DNA from: Candidatus Aenigmatarchaeota archaeon
GTDB taxonomy: Archaea; Aenigmatarchaeota; Aenigmatarchaeia; CG10238-14; SCSR01
Assembly: GCA_038998335.1 (NCBI GenBank)
Contig: JAVZHQ010000001.1
Location: forward strand, 738,038 to 802,037
Length of the DNA: 64,000 bases
Direction: 5' to 3'
This document shows, piece by piece, positions 18,354-28,927 of the stretch (position 1 is the stretch's first letter; every line of letters begins with the position of its first letter). The notes below the pieces were generated by a model. That model did not search any database, was not told the DNA's origin, and saw only the letters and a list, made by a program, of their open reading frames with translations. A program made the position numbers and the translations under genes.

Positions 18354-18899
18354 TGCTTCTTTTACAAAGCTACTCTCATGAATAATGGAATAAGTAGGGC
18401 CAGCTCTGTTTAATTCGCTTTTTATCAGTTGTATTCTATCTATTTTCATAGCCCCAACCCTTAGATTACTCATTTCTTTAATTTTTTTAATTACAAGCTC
18501 TCTTTCTTCGATTGTCTTTACTCGGCATAAGGTGATATGAGGTGGTTTAGAATCTCCACCTATGTTTTTTACTACCATTTTTCTTAGACTTTCTATTTTT
18601 TCGTTCTCGTCTTTTACATCAAGAGCTATAACTCTCAAAAACCTCTCGTTTGGAATTAGTTTTATTCCCTCAACAAAAACTTCAAATGGTTTGAAAGTTG
18701 AAGATAGCGTATCAAGAATCTTTTTTATCTTTTCCACTTCATTTTCTTTTATCTCTCCAAGAAAACTCAGACAAATATGAAGGTTATGTTCTTCAACAAA
18801 CTTACACCTTATAGGCAACTTTTTTATTTCTTCCATAATCTTTTTTATGTTTTGGCGTAATTTTTCTGGAACCAATATGCCAACGAAGCATCTAACCAT
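18345..18899 (-). CDS. thpR: RNA 2',3'-cyclic phosphodiesterase (2H phosphoesterase)
   Basis: RCFVGI start, HICL and PHITL motifs, SEL...GPTY end. Confidence 0.9.
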   Translation of the reverse strand: MVRCFVGILVPEKLRQNIKKIMEEIKKLPIRCKFVEEHNLHICLSFLGEIKENEVEKIKKILDTLSSTFKPFEVFVEGIKLIPNERFLRVIALDVKDENEKIESLRKMVVKNIGGDSKPPHITLCRVKTIEERELVIKKIKEMSNLRVGAMKIDRIQLIKSELNRAGPTYSIIHESSFVKEALP

Positions 18900-18964
18900 A
18901 ATTTTTATCTATTGTGAAAGAATAAAAATAATAATTACCAATAATTTTATAGGTGGTTTTAAAA

Positions 18965-19231
18965 ATGGCAGAAGAAACAAGAATAAGGGCTGCTGATATT
19001 ATTGGCAAGAATGTGGTAAGTGAAGAGACAGGAAGAAAGTTTGGAGTTGTGGCTAATGTTGACTTTGTCACAGAAAGTGGGGAATTGCTTAACCTAGTTG
19101 TTGACGAACCAACAAAGTATCTTTTAGACATGAACCTTAAAACTGACGAAAAAGGAAGAGTTTTAATTCCTTTCAGCGCAGTAAAGTCAGTAGGAGATTT
19201 TGTCATAGTATCAGAAAGTGAACTAGTTTAA
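18965..19231 (+). CDS. PRC-barrel domain protein
   Basis: IIGKNVV...GRKFGVV...IPFSAVKSVGDFVIV. Confidence 0.88.
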   Translation: MAEETRIRAADIIGKNVVSEETGRKFGVVANVDFVTESGELLNLVVDEPTKYLLDMNLKTDEKGRVLIPFSAVKSVGDFVIVSESELV

Positions 19232-20217
19232 ACCCAAGTAACTTCAACCTCATCTATTCTCCATTTTGGCTTAATTCTATCTTTAAAAGTAGGTTTCCAT
19301 CCAGATTTATAAGCTAGTAAGCCTACCCAGCCAATCATAACCCCGTTATCCCCAGAGTATTTTTCTGGGACAACATAAAGCTTTGCTCCTCTTTCTTCGC
19401 ACATTACCTTCATCATTTCTTGCAATCTTTTGTTTGCTGCAACTCCACCAACTAGTAAAACTTCTTCTTTCCCTGTATGGGCTAAAGCTCTTTCTGTTAC
19501 TTCTGTTAGCATCGCAAAACAAGTCTCTTGAAGGGAATAGGCTAAATCTTCTTTCGATATCCCTTTTCTTAACAACTTAAGAGCTGCTGTTGCTATACCA
19601 GAAAAAGAAACATCCATTCCTTTAACAATGTAAGGCAATTCAACATAATGCTTTCCTTCTTTTGCTATTTTTTCTATTTCTGCTCCACCAGGCATGGGTA
19701 GCTTCATTTCCCTTGCAACAATATCTAAGCAATTTCCTAAGGGAATGTCTTGAGTTTCACCAAATATTCTGTATTTTCCTTCAACAAAAGCGATTATTTG
19801 TGTGTTGCCTCCAGAAAGATAGACAAAAATAGGGTCTTTTGTTTTAGTTGTTAGTTTACCTATCTCTAAATGCGCGCAACAATGGTTTACAGGTATTAAA
19901 GGTTTTTTACATTCTTTTGAAATTTTAACAGCAAAGTTTGCAGTAAAAGTTAAAGGAGGAGGAAGCCCTGGGCCTGCGGAATAGCTTACCAAATTTATTT
20001 TTTCCAAACTTAAACCAGAAATTTTCAATGCTTTTTCTAGAAGTTTCGCAGCAACTTTTTCGTGATGCTCTTTTGCTTCATTTGGAACTATACCTTTTCC
20101 AATCTTTGGTATGTAAGTATCTCTTTCATCAGCCAAAATATTTCCTTTTTCATCTATTATACCAACACCAAAAGTGTGGGCTGTTCCTTCGAAACCAAGG
20201 GAGATTTTCTCGAACAT
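19228..20217 (-). CDS. kae1: t6A37 threonylcarbamoyltransferase Kae1
   Basis: GFEGTAHT, VNHCCAH, SGGNT, GGVAAN, DNGVMI motifs. Confidence 0.96.
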   Translation of the reverse strand: MFEKISLGFEGTAHTFGVGIIDEKGNILADERDTYIPKIGKGIVPNEAKEHHEKVAAKLLEKALKISGLSLEKINLVSYSAGPGLPPPLTFTANFAVKISKECKKPLIPVNHCCAHLEIGKLTTKTKDPIFVYLSGGNTQIIAFVEGKYRIFGETQDIPLGNCLDIVAREMKLPMPGGAEIEKIAKEGKHYVELPYIVKGMDVSFSGIATAALKLLRKGISKEDLAYSLQETCFAMLTEVTERALAHTGKEEVLLVGGVAANKRLQEMMKVMCEERGAKLYVVPEKYSGDNGVMIGWVGLLAYKSGWKPTFKDRIKPKWRIDEVEVTWV

Positions 20218-20296
20218 AATCAACAATTAACTTTTTTTAAATTGTTTTTATTAAAACTTAAAAAGAGTTTGTGTAACTTAAGATTAAAGTGTGTTT

Positions 20297-22456
20297 ATGA
20301 AAGACGAAGAAATTATAAAAAAAGTCTTGGAAGTTTCAAAGTTTGAAAAGCTTAATCCTGTGCAAGAGGAAGCTATAAAGAAAGGTTTGCTTAAGGGAAA
20401 AAATTTAGTAATATTTGCACCTACTGCAAGCGGAAAAACACTTTGTGCAGAACTTGCAGCTATTAAAACAATACTTGAAAAAAGGGAAAAAGTTGTTTAT
20501 ATGGTTCCTTTGGTTGCCTTAGCAAACGAAAAGTATAAGGATTTTAAAGAAAAGTATTCTAAGCTTGGAATAAAAGTTGCTCTATCTGTTGGAGACTTAG
20601 ACAGTTCTGACCCATGGCTTAAGAATTATGATTTAATTGTTGTTTCAAACGAAAAAATGGATAGTTTAATAAGGCATGGAGCTGATTGGATTGCAGAAGT
20701 TGGGTTAATAGTTGTTGATGAAATCCATCTCTTACAGCAAGCTGACAGAGGGCCAACTTTAGAAGTAGTTCTAACTCTTCTAAGAAAACTTATTCCAAAC
20801 GCACAGATTATCGCTTTATCTGCCACGATAAAAAATGCAGAAGAATTAGCTGAATGGTTAAGCGCAGAAACCGTTATTTCTGAGTGGAGACCTGTAAAGC
20901 TTTATAAAGGGGTAAGCTTTCCCTATAGGATAAAGTTTTTGGAAAAAAGTGGTTATGAGTTAGACTCTAGCTTACCTTTGGAAGCTTCAATCATAAAAAA
21001 CACCTTAGAATCAAGGAAACAGGCTTTGTTTTTTGTTTCTACTAGAAAAAGTGCAGAAAGCTTGGCAGAAAAGTTAGGAAAAGTTGTGAGTCAATACCTA
21101 GGAAGAAAAGAGAAAGAAGATTTAGAGGATTTGGCAAGCCAAGTTGAAAGTGTGCTAGAGATTCCAACGCAGCAATGTAAAAAATTGGCAAGATGTATTG
21201 GGCAAGGAGTTGCCTTTCATCATGCCGGCCTTCTCTTCCAGCAAAAATCTTTGGTAGAGGAGAATTTTAGAAAAGGTTTGATTAAGGTTATAGTTGCAAC
21301 TCCAACCTTAGCTTATGGTGTCAATTTACCTAGCTGGCGTGTAATAATGAGGGATTTAAAGAGGTATCAACCAGGAATAGGTGCTGTTTTTGTTTCAGTT
21401 TTAGATGTTCAACAAATGCTTGGAAGGGCTGGAAGACCACAATACGATGATTTTGGTGAAGGCATAATTTTGTCAAAAAGTGAAGAAGAGGCAGAAGAAA
21501 TTATAGAATATTACATTTATGGTGAAGCAGAAGAAATTCAGTCGAAGCTTGCAGCAGAACCAGCTTTGAGGATGCACACTTTAGCTTTAATAGCAAACGA
21601 ATTTTGCAAAACAGAAAAATCTTTGATAGAATTTTTTTCAGAGACTTTTTTTGCTTATCAGTATGGGGAAGTTTCAATGATAAAGGAAAAAATTTTAGAA
21701 ATTTTGAAATTACTCGAGGAATGGAAGTTTATCGAGAGAAAAAAAGAAAAACTTAGTGCTACAACAATAGGAAGGAGGGTTTCTGAACTTTACATCGACC
21801 CTTTAACCGCAAACTATTTTATCCAATCTCTTAAAAAAGCAACAAAAAAAGAAGTTCAACCTTTCAGCTTTTTACAAGTTATTTGCAATACTCTGGAAAT
21901 GAAACCTTTGCTAAACATAAGAACTGGCGAATTTTCAGAATTAAACGAAAAAATTGCTGAAAGGGAAAGTTTGTTTTTACAAAAAATACCAGAAGAATGG
22001 GATTTGGAGTTTGATGATTTTTTAAGAAGTGTTAAAACAGCTTTAATGTTTGAAGCTTGGATAAACGAAGCAAGCGAGGAAGAAATTTTAACAAAATTTA
22101 AAGTTGCACCAGGAGAATTTTACGGAAGAAGAGAAATAGCAGATTGGTTAATTTATTCTTTGCAGGAGCTTGCCCTTCTTCTAGGTTACAAAAAATTGCT
22201 TTTGCCCATAAGAAAGCTTAGGATTAGACTTGAGTACGGGGTAAAAGAAGAGCTTTTACCTTTGGTAAGACTTAAAGGAATAGGAAGGATAAGAGCAAGG
22301 AAATTGTTTAATTCTGGAATCAAAACTATTTCTGACTTGAAAAAAATTCCTTTGGAAAGTTTGGCTAGGCTTGTTGGAGAAAAAACAGCGTATAAGATTA
22401 AAGAACAGTTAGGGGAGATTAAGAAAAAAGAGGAAAGGCAAATTACTTTAAGATAA
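20297..22456 (+). CDS. hel308: Ski2-like DNA helicase Hel308
   Basis: [28 protein letters not shown] and C-terminal HhH. Confidence 0.95.
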   Translation: MKDEEIIKKVLEVSKFEKLNPVQEEAIKKGLLKGKNLVIFAPTASGKTLCAELAAIKTILEKREKVVYMVPLVALANEKYKDFKEKYSKLGIKVALSVGDLDSSDPWLKNYDLIVVSNEKMDSLIRHGADWIAEVGLIVVDEIHLLQQADRGPTLEVVLTLLRKLIPNAQIIALSATIKNAEELAEWLSAETVISEWRPVKLYKGVSFPYRIKFLEKSGYELDSSLPLEASIIKNTLESRKQALFFVSTRKSAESLAEKLGKVVSQYLGRKEKEDLEDLASQVESVLEIPTQQCKKLARCIGQGVAFHHAGLLFQQKSLVEENFRKGLIKVIVATPTLAYGVNLPSWRVIMRDLKRYQPGIGAVFVSVLDVQQMLGRAGRPQYDDFGEGIILSKSEEEAEEIIEYYIYGEAEEIQSKLAAEPALRMHTLALIANEFCKTEKSLIEFFSETFFAYQYGEVSMIKEKILEILKLLEEWKFIERKKEKLSATTIGRRVSELYIDPLTANYFIQSLKKATKKEVQPFSFLQVICNTLEMKPLLNIRTGEFSELNEKIAERESLFLQKIPEEWDLEFDDFLRSVKTALMFEAWINEASEEEILTKFKVAPGEFYGRREIADWLIYSLQELALLLGYKKLLLPIRKLRIRLEYGVKEELLPLVRLKGIGRIRARKLFNSGIKTISDLKKIPLESLARLVGEKTAYKIKEQLGEIKKKEERQITLR

Positions 22457-22494
22457 CTTTAAGAGTTTGTAACGCAACAAAATTTTGTGAGAAC

Positions 22495-23079
22495 ATGAAA
22501 AAAACAATCGAAAATCTTGCAAAGGCTTTTGTTGGTGAAAGCCAAGCAAGGAATCGTTACACTTTTTATTCAAAAGTTGCAAAGAAAGAAGGTTTTGAGC
22601 AGATAGCTGAGATTTTCTTAATTACAGCAGAAAACGAAAGAGAACATGCGAGCTGGCTTTTCAAGTTGATTAATGAGCTAAAGAAAAAATCAAAAGAGAA
22701 AATAGAAGAAATAAAAGTTGAAGCAAGTGTACCAACAACTCTTGGAAGCACAGCAGAAAATTTGAAAGCAGCGATAGCAGGAGAGAATTACGAGTACACG
22801 AAAATGTATCCTGAGTTTGCCGAAATTGCTGAAAAGGAAGGTCTAAAAGAAATTGCTAAAAGGTTGAGAGCAATAGCTATAGCAGAGAAACATCATGAAG
22901 AGAGATACAAAAAAATACTCGCAGAAGTGGAAAAAGGAACGGTTTTTAAGAAAGAAAAAGAAGTTTGGTGGGTTTGCAGAGAGTGCGGCTATGTACATTT
23001 CGGAAAAGAGCCTCCAGAAAGATGTCCTTCTTGCGACCATGAAAGAAGCTTTTATCAGTTAAAGTGTGAAGAGTATTAG
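22495..23079 (+). CDS. rbr: Rubrerythrin
   Basis: [17 protein letters not shown] and CRECG...CPSC. Confidence 0.96.
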   Translation: MKKTIENLAKAFVGESQARNRYTFYSKVAKKEGFEQIAEIFLITAENEREHASWLFKLINELKKKSKEKIEEIKVEASVPTTLGSTAENLKAAIAGENYEYTKMYPEFAEIAEKEGLKEIAKRLRAIAIAEKHHEERYKKILAEVEKGTVFKKEKEVWWVCRECGYVHFGKEPPERCPSCDHERSFYQLKCEEY

Positions 23080-23087
23080 GGAAGAAA

Positions 23088-23462
23088 ATGACAAAACGAA
23101 AGCAAATTTATAGGTGCAATGTTTGCGGTAATATAGTTGAAGTTCTAGACGCAGGAGTTGGTCAATTAGTTTGTTGTGGTCAACCGATGGAATTGCTGGA
23201 GGAAAAAACAGAAGATGTTGGGAAGGAAAAGCACGTTCCAGTAATAGAAAAAACAGAAAAGGGAATAAAAGTGAAAGTTGGCTCAGTACCACATCCTATG
23301 GAAGATTCTCATTACATAGAATGGATAGAGTTAATTGTAGGCGGGAAATATTGCAGAAAATTCTTAAGACCAGGAGAAAAGCCAGAAGCAGAATTTGAAG
23401 TAAAAGCAGAAAAGGTTGAGGCAAGGGAATACTGCAACATTCATGGCCTTTGGAAAGCCTGA
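23088..23462 (+). CDS. dfx: Desulfoferrodoxin (2Fe superoxide reductase)
   Basis: CNVCGN...CCGQPM, EKHVP, HPM, CNIHGLW. Confidence 0.96.
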   Translation: MTKRKQIYRCNVCGNIVEVLDAGVGQLVCCGQPMELLEEKTEDVGKEKHVPVIEKTEKGIKVKVGSVPHPMEDSHYIEWIELIVGGKYCRKFLRPGEKPEAEFEVKAEKVEAREYCNIHGLWKA

Positions 23463-23574
23463 ATTATTTATACAACAAGATAGAAGATTAAGTAGAGAAA
23501 AATTTAAATATTCTTTAGTTTCTTTTTTAAATACCAGATGACCTTTTCTTTTTTTTGGGATTTAAGAAAGAAAG

Positions 23575-24333
23575 GTGGAAAGTATAAGCGAGAACTACTA
23601 TATAGTTGAAGGAAACTATCAGTTTATGACCGAAGAGGATGTAAGAAATGGAAATTACAAACTCAAAAAACTAAAAATTGGACCTTTTTTCATAGTTACA
23701 GAAGAAGGTTACAAAGGTTTAACAAAAGTAGGAAAAATACCAAGAGTTGTATCTAGGTTTACAAAAAATTTGTACAAAGAACTTAACCTTTCTAGTAGCT
23801 ATAATTCTATCGAAGAAATAATTAAAGAGATAGGGAAAAACAATGTCTCACAAAAAAATGTTGAAGAAAGAAACAAACTTCTTTACAAGTTAATTCTTGA
23901 GAGTAACTTACAAACATGGAGAAAGGCTTTTGGAATTTTTCCTATCTTATACAAATCAGAAGATTCTTACCAAATTTTTTCATTTTTAACAAGCGTGCTT
24001 GAGAAAAAAGGCTTGTTTGAAACCTTCTCTTTAATAGCAGATGAGGAGAGTTTTCCGCATGATAAACTCGATTTTCAGCGCAAACAACATGCTTATCTTC
24101 TAAACGAGAAGTATAGGTTTATTAACTTAAGTAAAGATGAAAAAGGAAGAACTGTTTGGGTTCCTAATAGGTTTGATTCTTTCTTTTCCTTTAACAGAAA
24201 TCTGAAGAGAATTCTTGAAATTGAAAAAGCACCGGCAGAAATTTTAAAAATTGTGGAAATGTGGGAAAAAATCCTATTTGAAGAGAAAAGGAAAATAGAA
24301 GAGTTTGAATTGAGGTTTGCACTTAAAACTTAA
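23575..24333 (+). CDS. Hypothetical protein
   Basis: 252-aa ORF, no recognised motif. Confidence 0.6.
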   Translation: MESISENYYIVEGNYQFMTEEDVRNGNYKLKKLKIGPFFIVTEEGYKGLTKVGKIPRVVSRFTKNLYKELNLSSSYNSIEEIIKEIGKNNVSQKNVEERNKLLYKLILESNLQTWRKAFGIFPILYKSEDSYQIFSFLTSVLEKKGLFETFSLIADEESFPHDKLDFQRKQHAYLLNEKYRFINLSKDEKGRTVWVPNRFDSFFSFNRNLKRILEIEKAPAEILKIVEMWEKILFEEKRKIEEFELRFALKT

Positions 24334-25103
24334 AACATCTTTGCAAATTTCCCAGTTTTTCTTGAGTAATCAAACCCAAATTTATAGGTTAAAATACTTA
24401 TGAAAAAATAAATAAGACCAACAACAACAGAAAAAACCATTTCTTGAAAGTATGGTTTGCTTAACAAAAGATTCCTTAAACTTTCAAAAAGATTACCATA
24501 AGGCATTATTCTTGCTAAAACTTGCGCTTGATAAGGCAAAATTTTTAGCGGTGATAGAGGGAAAGAAAGAAGTATAAAAAACTGAAGGCTTGCCCAAGCA
24601 AGCCATGCGTAATCTCTTCCTAAAATAAAGTATAAACCTGCTATTAGGATTGCTAGTGTAACCGAAAGAAACACTGTTAAAACAATAAAAGGTATTATCT
24701 CCAAACTTATTTGTGCCAGGTTAAAGAAGAATAGATTAGTTACCAAAAGCATGAAAAATAGGTTTAAGGAAGAAATTAACAAACTAAAAATTATTCTTCC
24801 AAGCAAGTATTCCCACTTTCCAACTCCTGTTATAAATATATGGTGAGCCTCACTATGCCAAGCATCTTCATTAATACTCAAGTTTATCGTTGATTGAACC
24901 ACATAAGCATAACTCCAGAAGACGTTTATAACCAAAACAATCTTTCCTGCTTCACTCGCAAATTCTCCTGTCCAAATAGCAAAAAGACCCCAGATTATTA
25001 TTGAAGTTATGGGGAAATAGAAAAGCTCAAGCCATCTCCATCTAGATTTGATGAAAATTAAATAGTCTCTATAAACTAGTGCCTTTAACCTTGAAAATTT
25101 CAT
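24330..25103 (-). CDS. ABC-2 type transporter permease
   Basis: About six TMs, P...LP...P motif, coupled to the ATPase. Confidence 0.88.
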   Translation of the reverse strand: MKFSRLKALVYRDYLIFIKSRWRWLELFYFPITSIIIWGLFAIWTGEFASEAGKIVLVINVFWSYAYVVQSTINLSINEDAWHSEAHHIFITGVGKWEYLLGRIIFSLLISSLNLFFMLLVTNLFFFNLAQISLEIIPFIVLTVFLSVTLAILIAGLYFILGRDYAWLAWASLQFFILLSFPLSPLKILPYQAQVLARIMPYGNLFESLRNLLLSKPYFQEMVFSVVVGLIYFFISILTYKFGFDYSRKTGKFAKMF

Positions 25104-25801
25104 CCTCCCAACCTCAACCAATAATTTTCTAAGGTTTTGTACTTTTTCAAAAGTTTACTTTTTTCTTCAACTTCCAAGATTTTTCCATCTTTTATAAAAG
25201 CTATTTTATTTGCTAATCTTTCAACCTCAACCATATCATGACTTGCAAAAAATATTGTAGTTCCATTCCTGTTTAACTCTTTTAAAAATGTGTGAATTTC
25301 TCTTTTGGTTTTTGGGTCAAGACCAAATGTAGGTTCATCTAGAATTAAAACCTTAGGTTTATTTAGTAAAGCCTTTGCTAGAGCAACTTTTGATAGTTCT
25401 CCTGTCGAAAGTTCCCACCCTTCACTTTCCCTTAAATAAGAAATTCTAAAATCTTTCAAAATTTTTTCGACTCTTCTTTGTTCAACCCCATAAAGTTTTG
25501 CGTAACAATTAAGAAAGTCTTTAACCTTAAGATGGGATGATGGTTTTTCGGCAGGTACATAGTTAACAATTTGAAGAATCTCTTTATCCTTGAATGGGTT
25601 TTTGCCAAGGATTTTTATTTCCCCCTTATCAGGAATGATAATTGTTAAGAGAATGTTAATGAGAGTGGTTTTCCCAGAACCATTCGGCCCAAGAAGCGCA
25701 AAGAATTCTCCTTCCTCTACTTCAAGATTAATGTTTTTGAGAGAGAAACTTTCTTCTCCCTTAAAGGTTTTGTACAAATCTCTTATTTCTAGAGCTTTCA
25801 T
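25100..25801 (-). CDS. ABC transporter ATP-binding protein
   Basis: GPNGSGKT, LSTGE, LDEPT, SH. Confidence 0.95.
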   Translation of the reverse strand: MKALEIRDLYKTFKGEESFSLKNINLEVEEGEFFALLGPNGSGKTTLINILLTIIIPDKGEIKILGKNPFKDKEILQIVNYVPAEKPSSHLKVKDFLNCYAKLYGVEQRRVEKILKDFRISYLRESEGWELSTGELSKVALAKALLNKPKVLILDEPTFGLDPKTKREIHTFLKELNRNGTTIFFASHDMVEVERLANKIAFIKDGKILEVEEKSKLLKKYKTLENYWLRLGG

Positions 25802-25843
25802 ACTTTTTAAATTGTTAACTAATAAATTAGAAGATTTTTTTGA

Positions 25844-25930
25844 TGGGGTTGCTGGGATTTGAACCCAGGTTACGAGCGCCCGAGGCTTCCACTAATTTTC
25901 GTGTCCTAGACCAAGCTAGACGACAACCCC
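25844..25930 (-). tRNA. tRNA-Pro(CGG) with 12-nt intron in the anticodon stem (about position 29/30)
   Basis: GGGGTTG/CAACCCC acceptor, TTCAAAT T-loop; removing 25887-25898 restores CGAGC-CT CGG GC-GCTCG. Confidence 0.9.
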
Positions 25931-26839
25931 AGACAAAAGATTCTTCCACCTTAATCTTGCATATTTTGCCACCATACCTCCTTTTAATTTTTCGATAGTC
26001 AGCAGTACAGAAGGGAAAACATGGCAACCGCATTTTTCACATAAAACATTTTCTCCTAATACACATGGCTTCTTTATTTTGCCATATGCGTCTATTGATA
26101 AAGTGCACCAGTTTGGGCATCTTTTTGTCCAACCCGAATTTCTCATCATTTCCAATTCTTCCGTAGTATTGGCGATAAAATCGTAATATTTTTCTTTAAG
26201 TTTTATTAACAAATCAATATCTCTATTTCTTTGTTGATAATCAACCCAAAGGGGGTCGTTATTCGAAAAAGGCGTGTACCAATTAAAAGCTATTGCTCTT
26301 AAACCCAAGTCCATTGCACTTTCAACTATTTCTGTGATGTAGTTATGATTTATTGAGTTGAGAGTCGAAGTTCCAACGATACAATCAGTCGGGGAAGATT
26401 TTATGTTTTTTTTCATTTTATCATAAACACCTTTCCCTCTCAATTTATCATGGATCTTTTTGTTTCCATCCAAACTAACAATATATAAAACATCAAAATC
26501 TGGGAGTTCTTGAGTACCATTTGTAACTATCCAAGTAACCCAAAATTTTTTAACAGCTATTTCACACTTTTCTATAGATTTATTATTTAGCAACGGTTCA
26601 CCATCTGTCAAAGTGCACTGGACTATTCCTTTCTTCAAAAGTAAATCAACCAAACTACTAAATTGATCTATCGATAATTCTTTCTCTCTTTTAAGGCGAT
26701 TTATTCTTTCGTAACATCCAGGACATTTCAAGTTGCATTGTGCGGTTGGAGCTAAAGAGCATGCAAACGGTTTTCTATCTTTTAGATATTTGACTTTAAA
26801 AAATCTATAGTATGCATACAATTCTTTAAATCCAAACAT
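25916..26839 (-). CDS. Radical SAM protein
   Basis: CNLKCPGC, DGEP, VTNG, SLDG and C-terminal Cys cluster; stop lies inside the tRNA-Pro gene. Confidence 0.9.
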   Translation of the reverse strand: MFGFKELYAYYRFFKVKYLKDRKPFACSLAPTAQCNLKCPGCYERINRLKREKELSIDQFSSLVDLLLKKGIVQCTLTDGEPLLNNKSIEKCEIAVKKFWVTWIVTNGTQELPDFDVLYIVSLDGNKKIHDKLRGKGVYDKMKKNIKSSPTDCIVGTSTLNSINHNYITEIVESAMDLGLRAIAFNWYTPFSNNDPLWVDYQQRNRDIDLLIKLKEKYYDFIANTTEELEMMRNSGWTKRCPNWCTLSIDAYGKIKKPCVLGENVLCEKCGCHVFPSVLLTIEKLKGGMVAKYARLRWKNLLSGVVV

Positions 26840-26907
26840 GATTAAGTTTTATTTCTAAAGTTATTTAATTTTTGTTTCTGATTTTTAATTTTTCAATTAA
26901 ATCTTAT

Positions 26908-26929
26908 GGCTGTTTGAATTTAAACAGCC
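26908..26929. promoter_or_regulatory. Inverted repeat upstream of radical SAM gene
   Basis: GGCTGTTT-GAATTT-AAACAGCC. Confidence 0.4.
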
Positions 26930-27018
26930 TAACTATTGGTGGGGAAAATGTTGTACAACCAACTGGAGATAAACCTTAAAAAGTATAAAGCTGCATGGAA
27001 GGAGAAATTTTTGTAACA

Positions 27019-27609
27019 TTATTTTACTTCAATCGTTATCTTAATTTCAGTTCCAAGGGTTTTTAATTTTTCTACAAGCTCTCTTTTCAAATCACAGGCA
27101 GCTTTATTAGAAAGTATAGCTAAAGTTCTGTTATCAATAAAGTCAGACTTTCTAACCACAATATCTTCTACATGGCTTAGCTTTAAGGCAGGTGAACCGT
27201 AGGCTATTACCTTATCTTCTATTCCTCCAGCCGAAATTGTTATCTCTACTTTTTTCCCTTCTTTTAAGGCTTCCTTTATTTCTTTGCTTAAATCTTTGCA
27301 TGATTTATTTGCCTTTACCCCAATTATACAATCAGCATCTTTTTTTATTTCTCCAGATTTTGTGATTTCAAAAGTTGTTTTATGCATGGCAGAAATGTTT
27401 GGATGACCATAAGCTATTATTTCTTCCTTTACAGGCTTAATTTCCATCAAAAGTTTCCAACCTCTTTCTGTTGGTATGTAAGCTCCTGTTTCTGTGTAAA
27501 AAACCATACCTTTTGCTTCCAAGGCTTCAAAAGTTGCTCTAATCATTTCAGGAGTTATTGCTGGCAATTCAGGCTCAATTTCTCTCATTTCTTTTGTTTC
27601 TTTTTTCAT
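27019..27609 (-). CDS. DUF371 protein with N-terminal wHTH-like extension
   Basis: GHPNISAMHKTTFEITK, DCIIGV, RKSDF; N-terminal ALEAKGMV...TERG. Confidence 0.85.
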   Translation of the reverse strand: MKKETKEMREIEPELPAITPEMIRATFEALEAKGMVFYTETGAYIPTERGWKLLMEIKPVKEEIIAYGHPNISAMHKTTFEITKSGEIKKDADCIIGVKANKSCKDLSKEIKEALKEGKKVEITISAGGIEDKVIAYGSPALKLSHVEDIVVRKSDFIDNRTLAILSNKAACDLKRELVEKLKTLGTEIKITIEVK

Positions 27610-28349
27610 TTTTCTTTCCTCCCAAAAGTTAACCAACCAGTATGCATTATACCAACAGTTTTCGGTCTTGTATACTTTTCAACTTGCCATTCCCTTACTA
27701 TATTTTCAACAGTTTTTATATTACAAAAACCTTTCTCTTTCATTTTTTTTGTTACAGAGGAAACCTGCTCTATATAAGGAGAGTAAACAACCAGCCAACC
27801 CCCTGGTTTTAAAGCCTTGAAAGCATGCTCTATAACTTTTTCAGCATCTTTTAGATCTAAAGTTATTAAGTCAACGTTTTTTTCATCAATACCTTTTGTT
27901 ATATCCTTTTCTTTTAGCTTAATGTTTTTTAATCCTGAAAGCTTGATATTTTTCTTTGCAATTTTTGCAAATTTTTTATTACTTTCATAAGTAACAACTT
28001 TTCCAGGAGAAAGATAACTTGCAAGAAATATAGCTAAAAAACCAGAACCTGTACCTGCATCTACAACCAAACTTCCTGGTTTAATTCCTGTGTAAGCAAG
28101 AATTAAGGCAGCATCTTTTGGCATAATTATTTGTGGTAATCTTTCAAGTTTTTCGAGCAAATCTACTATTGTTGGGTTAACTATTACAAATTCTTTATTC
28201 AAGTGAGTTTTGATTTTTTCACCAAAACTTTTTTTAAAAAGTTCTTCTAAGTTGAAGATTCCATCTTTTGTGTGAAATTTTCCTTTTTTCACTTTTACCA
28301 AGTAAGAGCTTTCTTTTGAAAGAAGTAAAACCGGCTGATTTTTCTTCAT
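27606..28349 (-). CDS. trmI: tRNA (adenine-N1)-methyltransferase TrmI
   Basis: PQIIMPKD, DAGTGSG, LDL, HTGWLTF. Confidence 0.93.
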   Translation of the reverse strand: MKKNQPVLLLSKESSYLVKVKKGKFHTKDGIFNLEELFKKSFGEKIKTHLNKEFVIVNPTIVDLLEKLERLPQIIMPKDAALILAYTGIKPGSLVVDAGTGSGFLAIFLASYLSPGKVVTYESNKKFAKIAKKNIKLSGLKNIKLKEKDITKGIDEKNVDLITLDLKDAEKVIEHAFKALKPGGWLVVYSPYIEQVSSVTKKMKEKGFCNIKTVENIVREWQVEKYTRPKTVGIMHTGWLTFGRKEK

Positions 28350-28445
28350 GGTTACTCACCTATTTTTTAATTTTCTCATTTTAAGTCAAACAATTAAAAA
28401 GTATATATTTTAAATATTTTTTCATTTGATAAAGTATAAAATGGT

Positions 28446-28916
28446 GTGCATATGAGAATGAAAGAAGTGAAGGCATTTATTAAATCTCTATACAAGAGAA
28501 ATGACGAAGATTTTACTAGGGCAATTTTTGGTGGGCTTTCTTATTACGAAGTACTGAATAACATAACAGGTGATACTTTTAAATCATTTGATTGTGTCGA
28601 AAGACTTTTACCCAAAATAAATTCAAGTTTAGAAAATAAGGGGTATGTAATGAAAAAAATTAGTACTAATCCGCTCACTTATGATCCTGTGGAAAGTCCT
28701 GATTTTGTAGTTAAAAGTAAGGGTTTAAGAGGATTCTTTCAATATGTTAACGGGCTTTTAAGTGTTCTTGCATATCCTGCTGAAATTAAAGTTAGAGGGG
28801 TGGATAAAAGTATATACATTCAAGAAAAGCACAAGACAATTTTACCTGAGATGGAAATTCTTGCTAAAGAACTGGAAGAGAAAATAGGGAAAAAAGTTGA
28901 AATTTCAGTTATTTAA
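28446..28916 (+). CDS. Hypothetical protein
   Basis: 156-aa ORF, no recognised motif. Confidence 0.6.
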   Translation: MHMRMKEVKAFIKSLYKRNDEDFTRAIFGGLSYYEVLNNITGDTFKSFDCVERLLPKINSSLENKGYVMKKISTNPLTYDPVESPDFVVKSKGLRGFFQYVNGLLSVLAYPAEIKVRGVDKSIYIQEKHKTILPEMEILAKELEEKIGKKVEISVI

Positions 28917-28927
28917 TCCCCTACTAT

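Noticed and set aside
22495-23462. Rubrerythrin-superoxide reductase pair as a new system
   Set aside because: Standard oxidative-stress module of anaerobes
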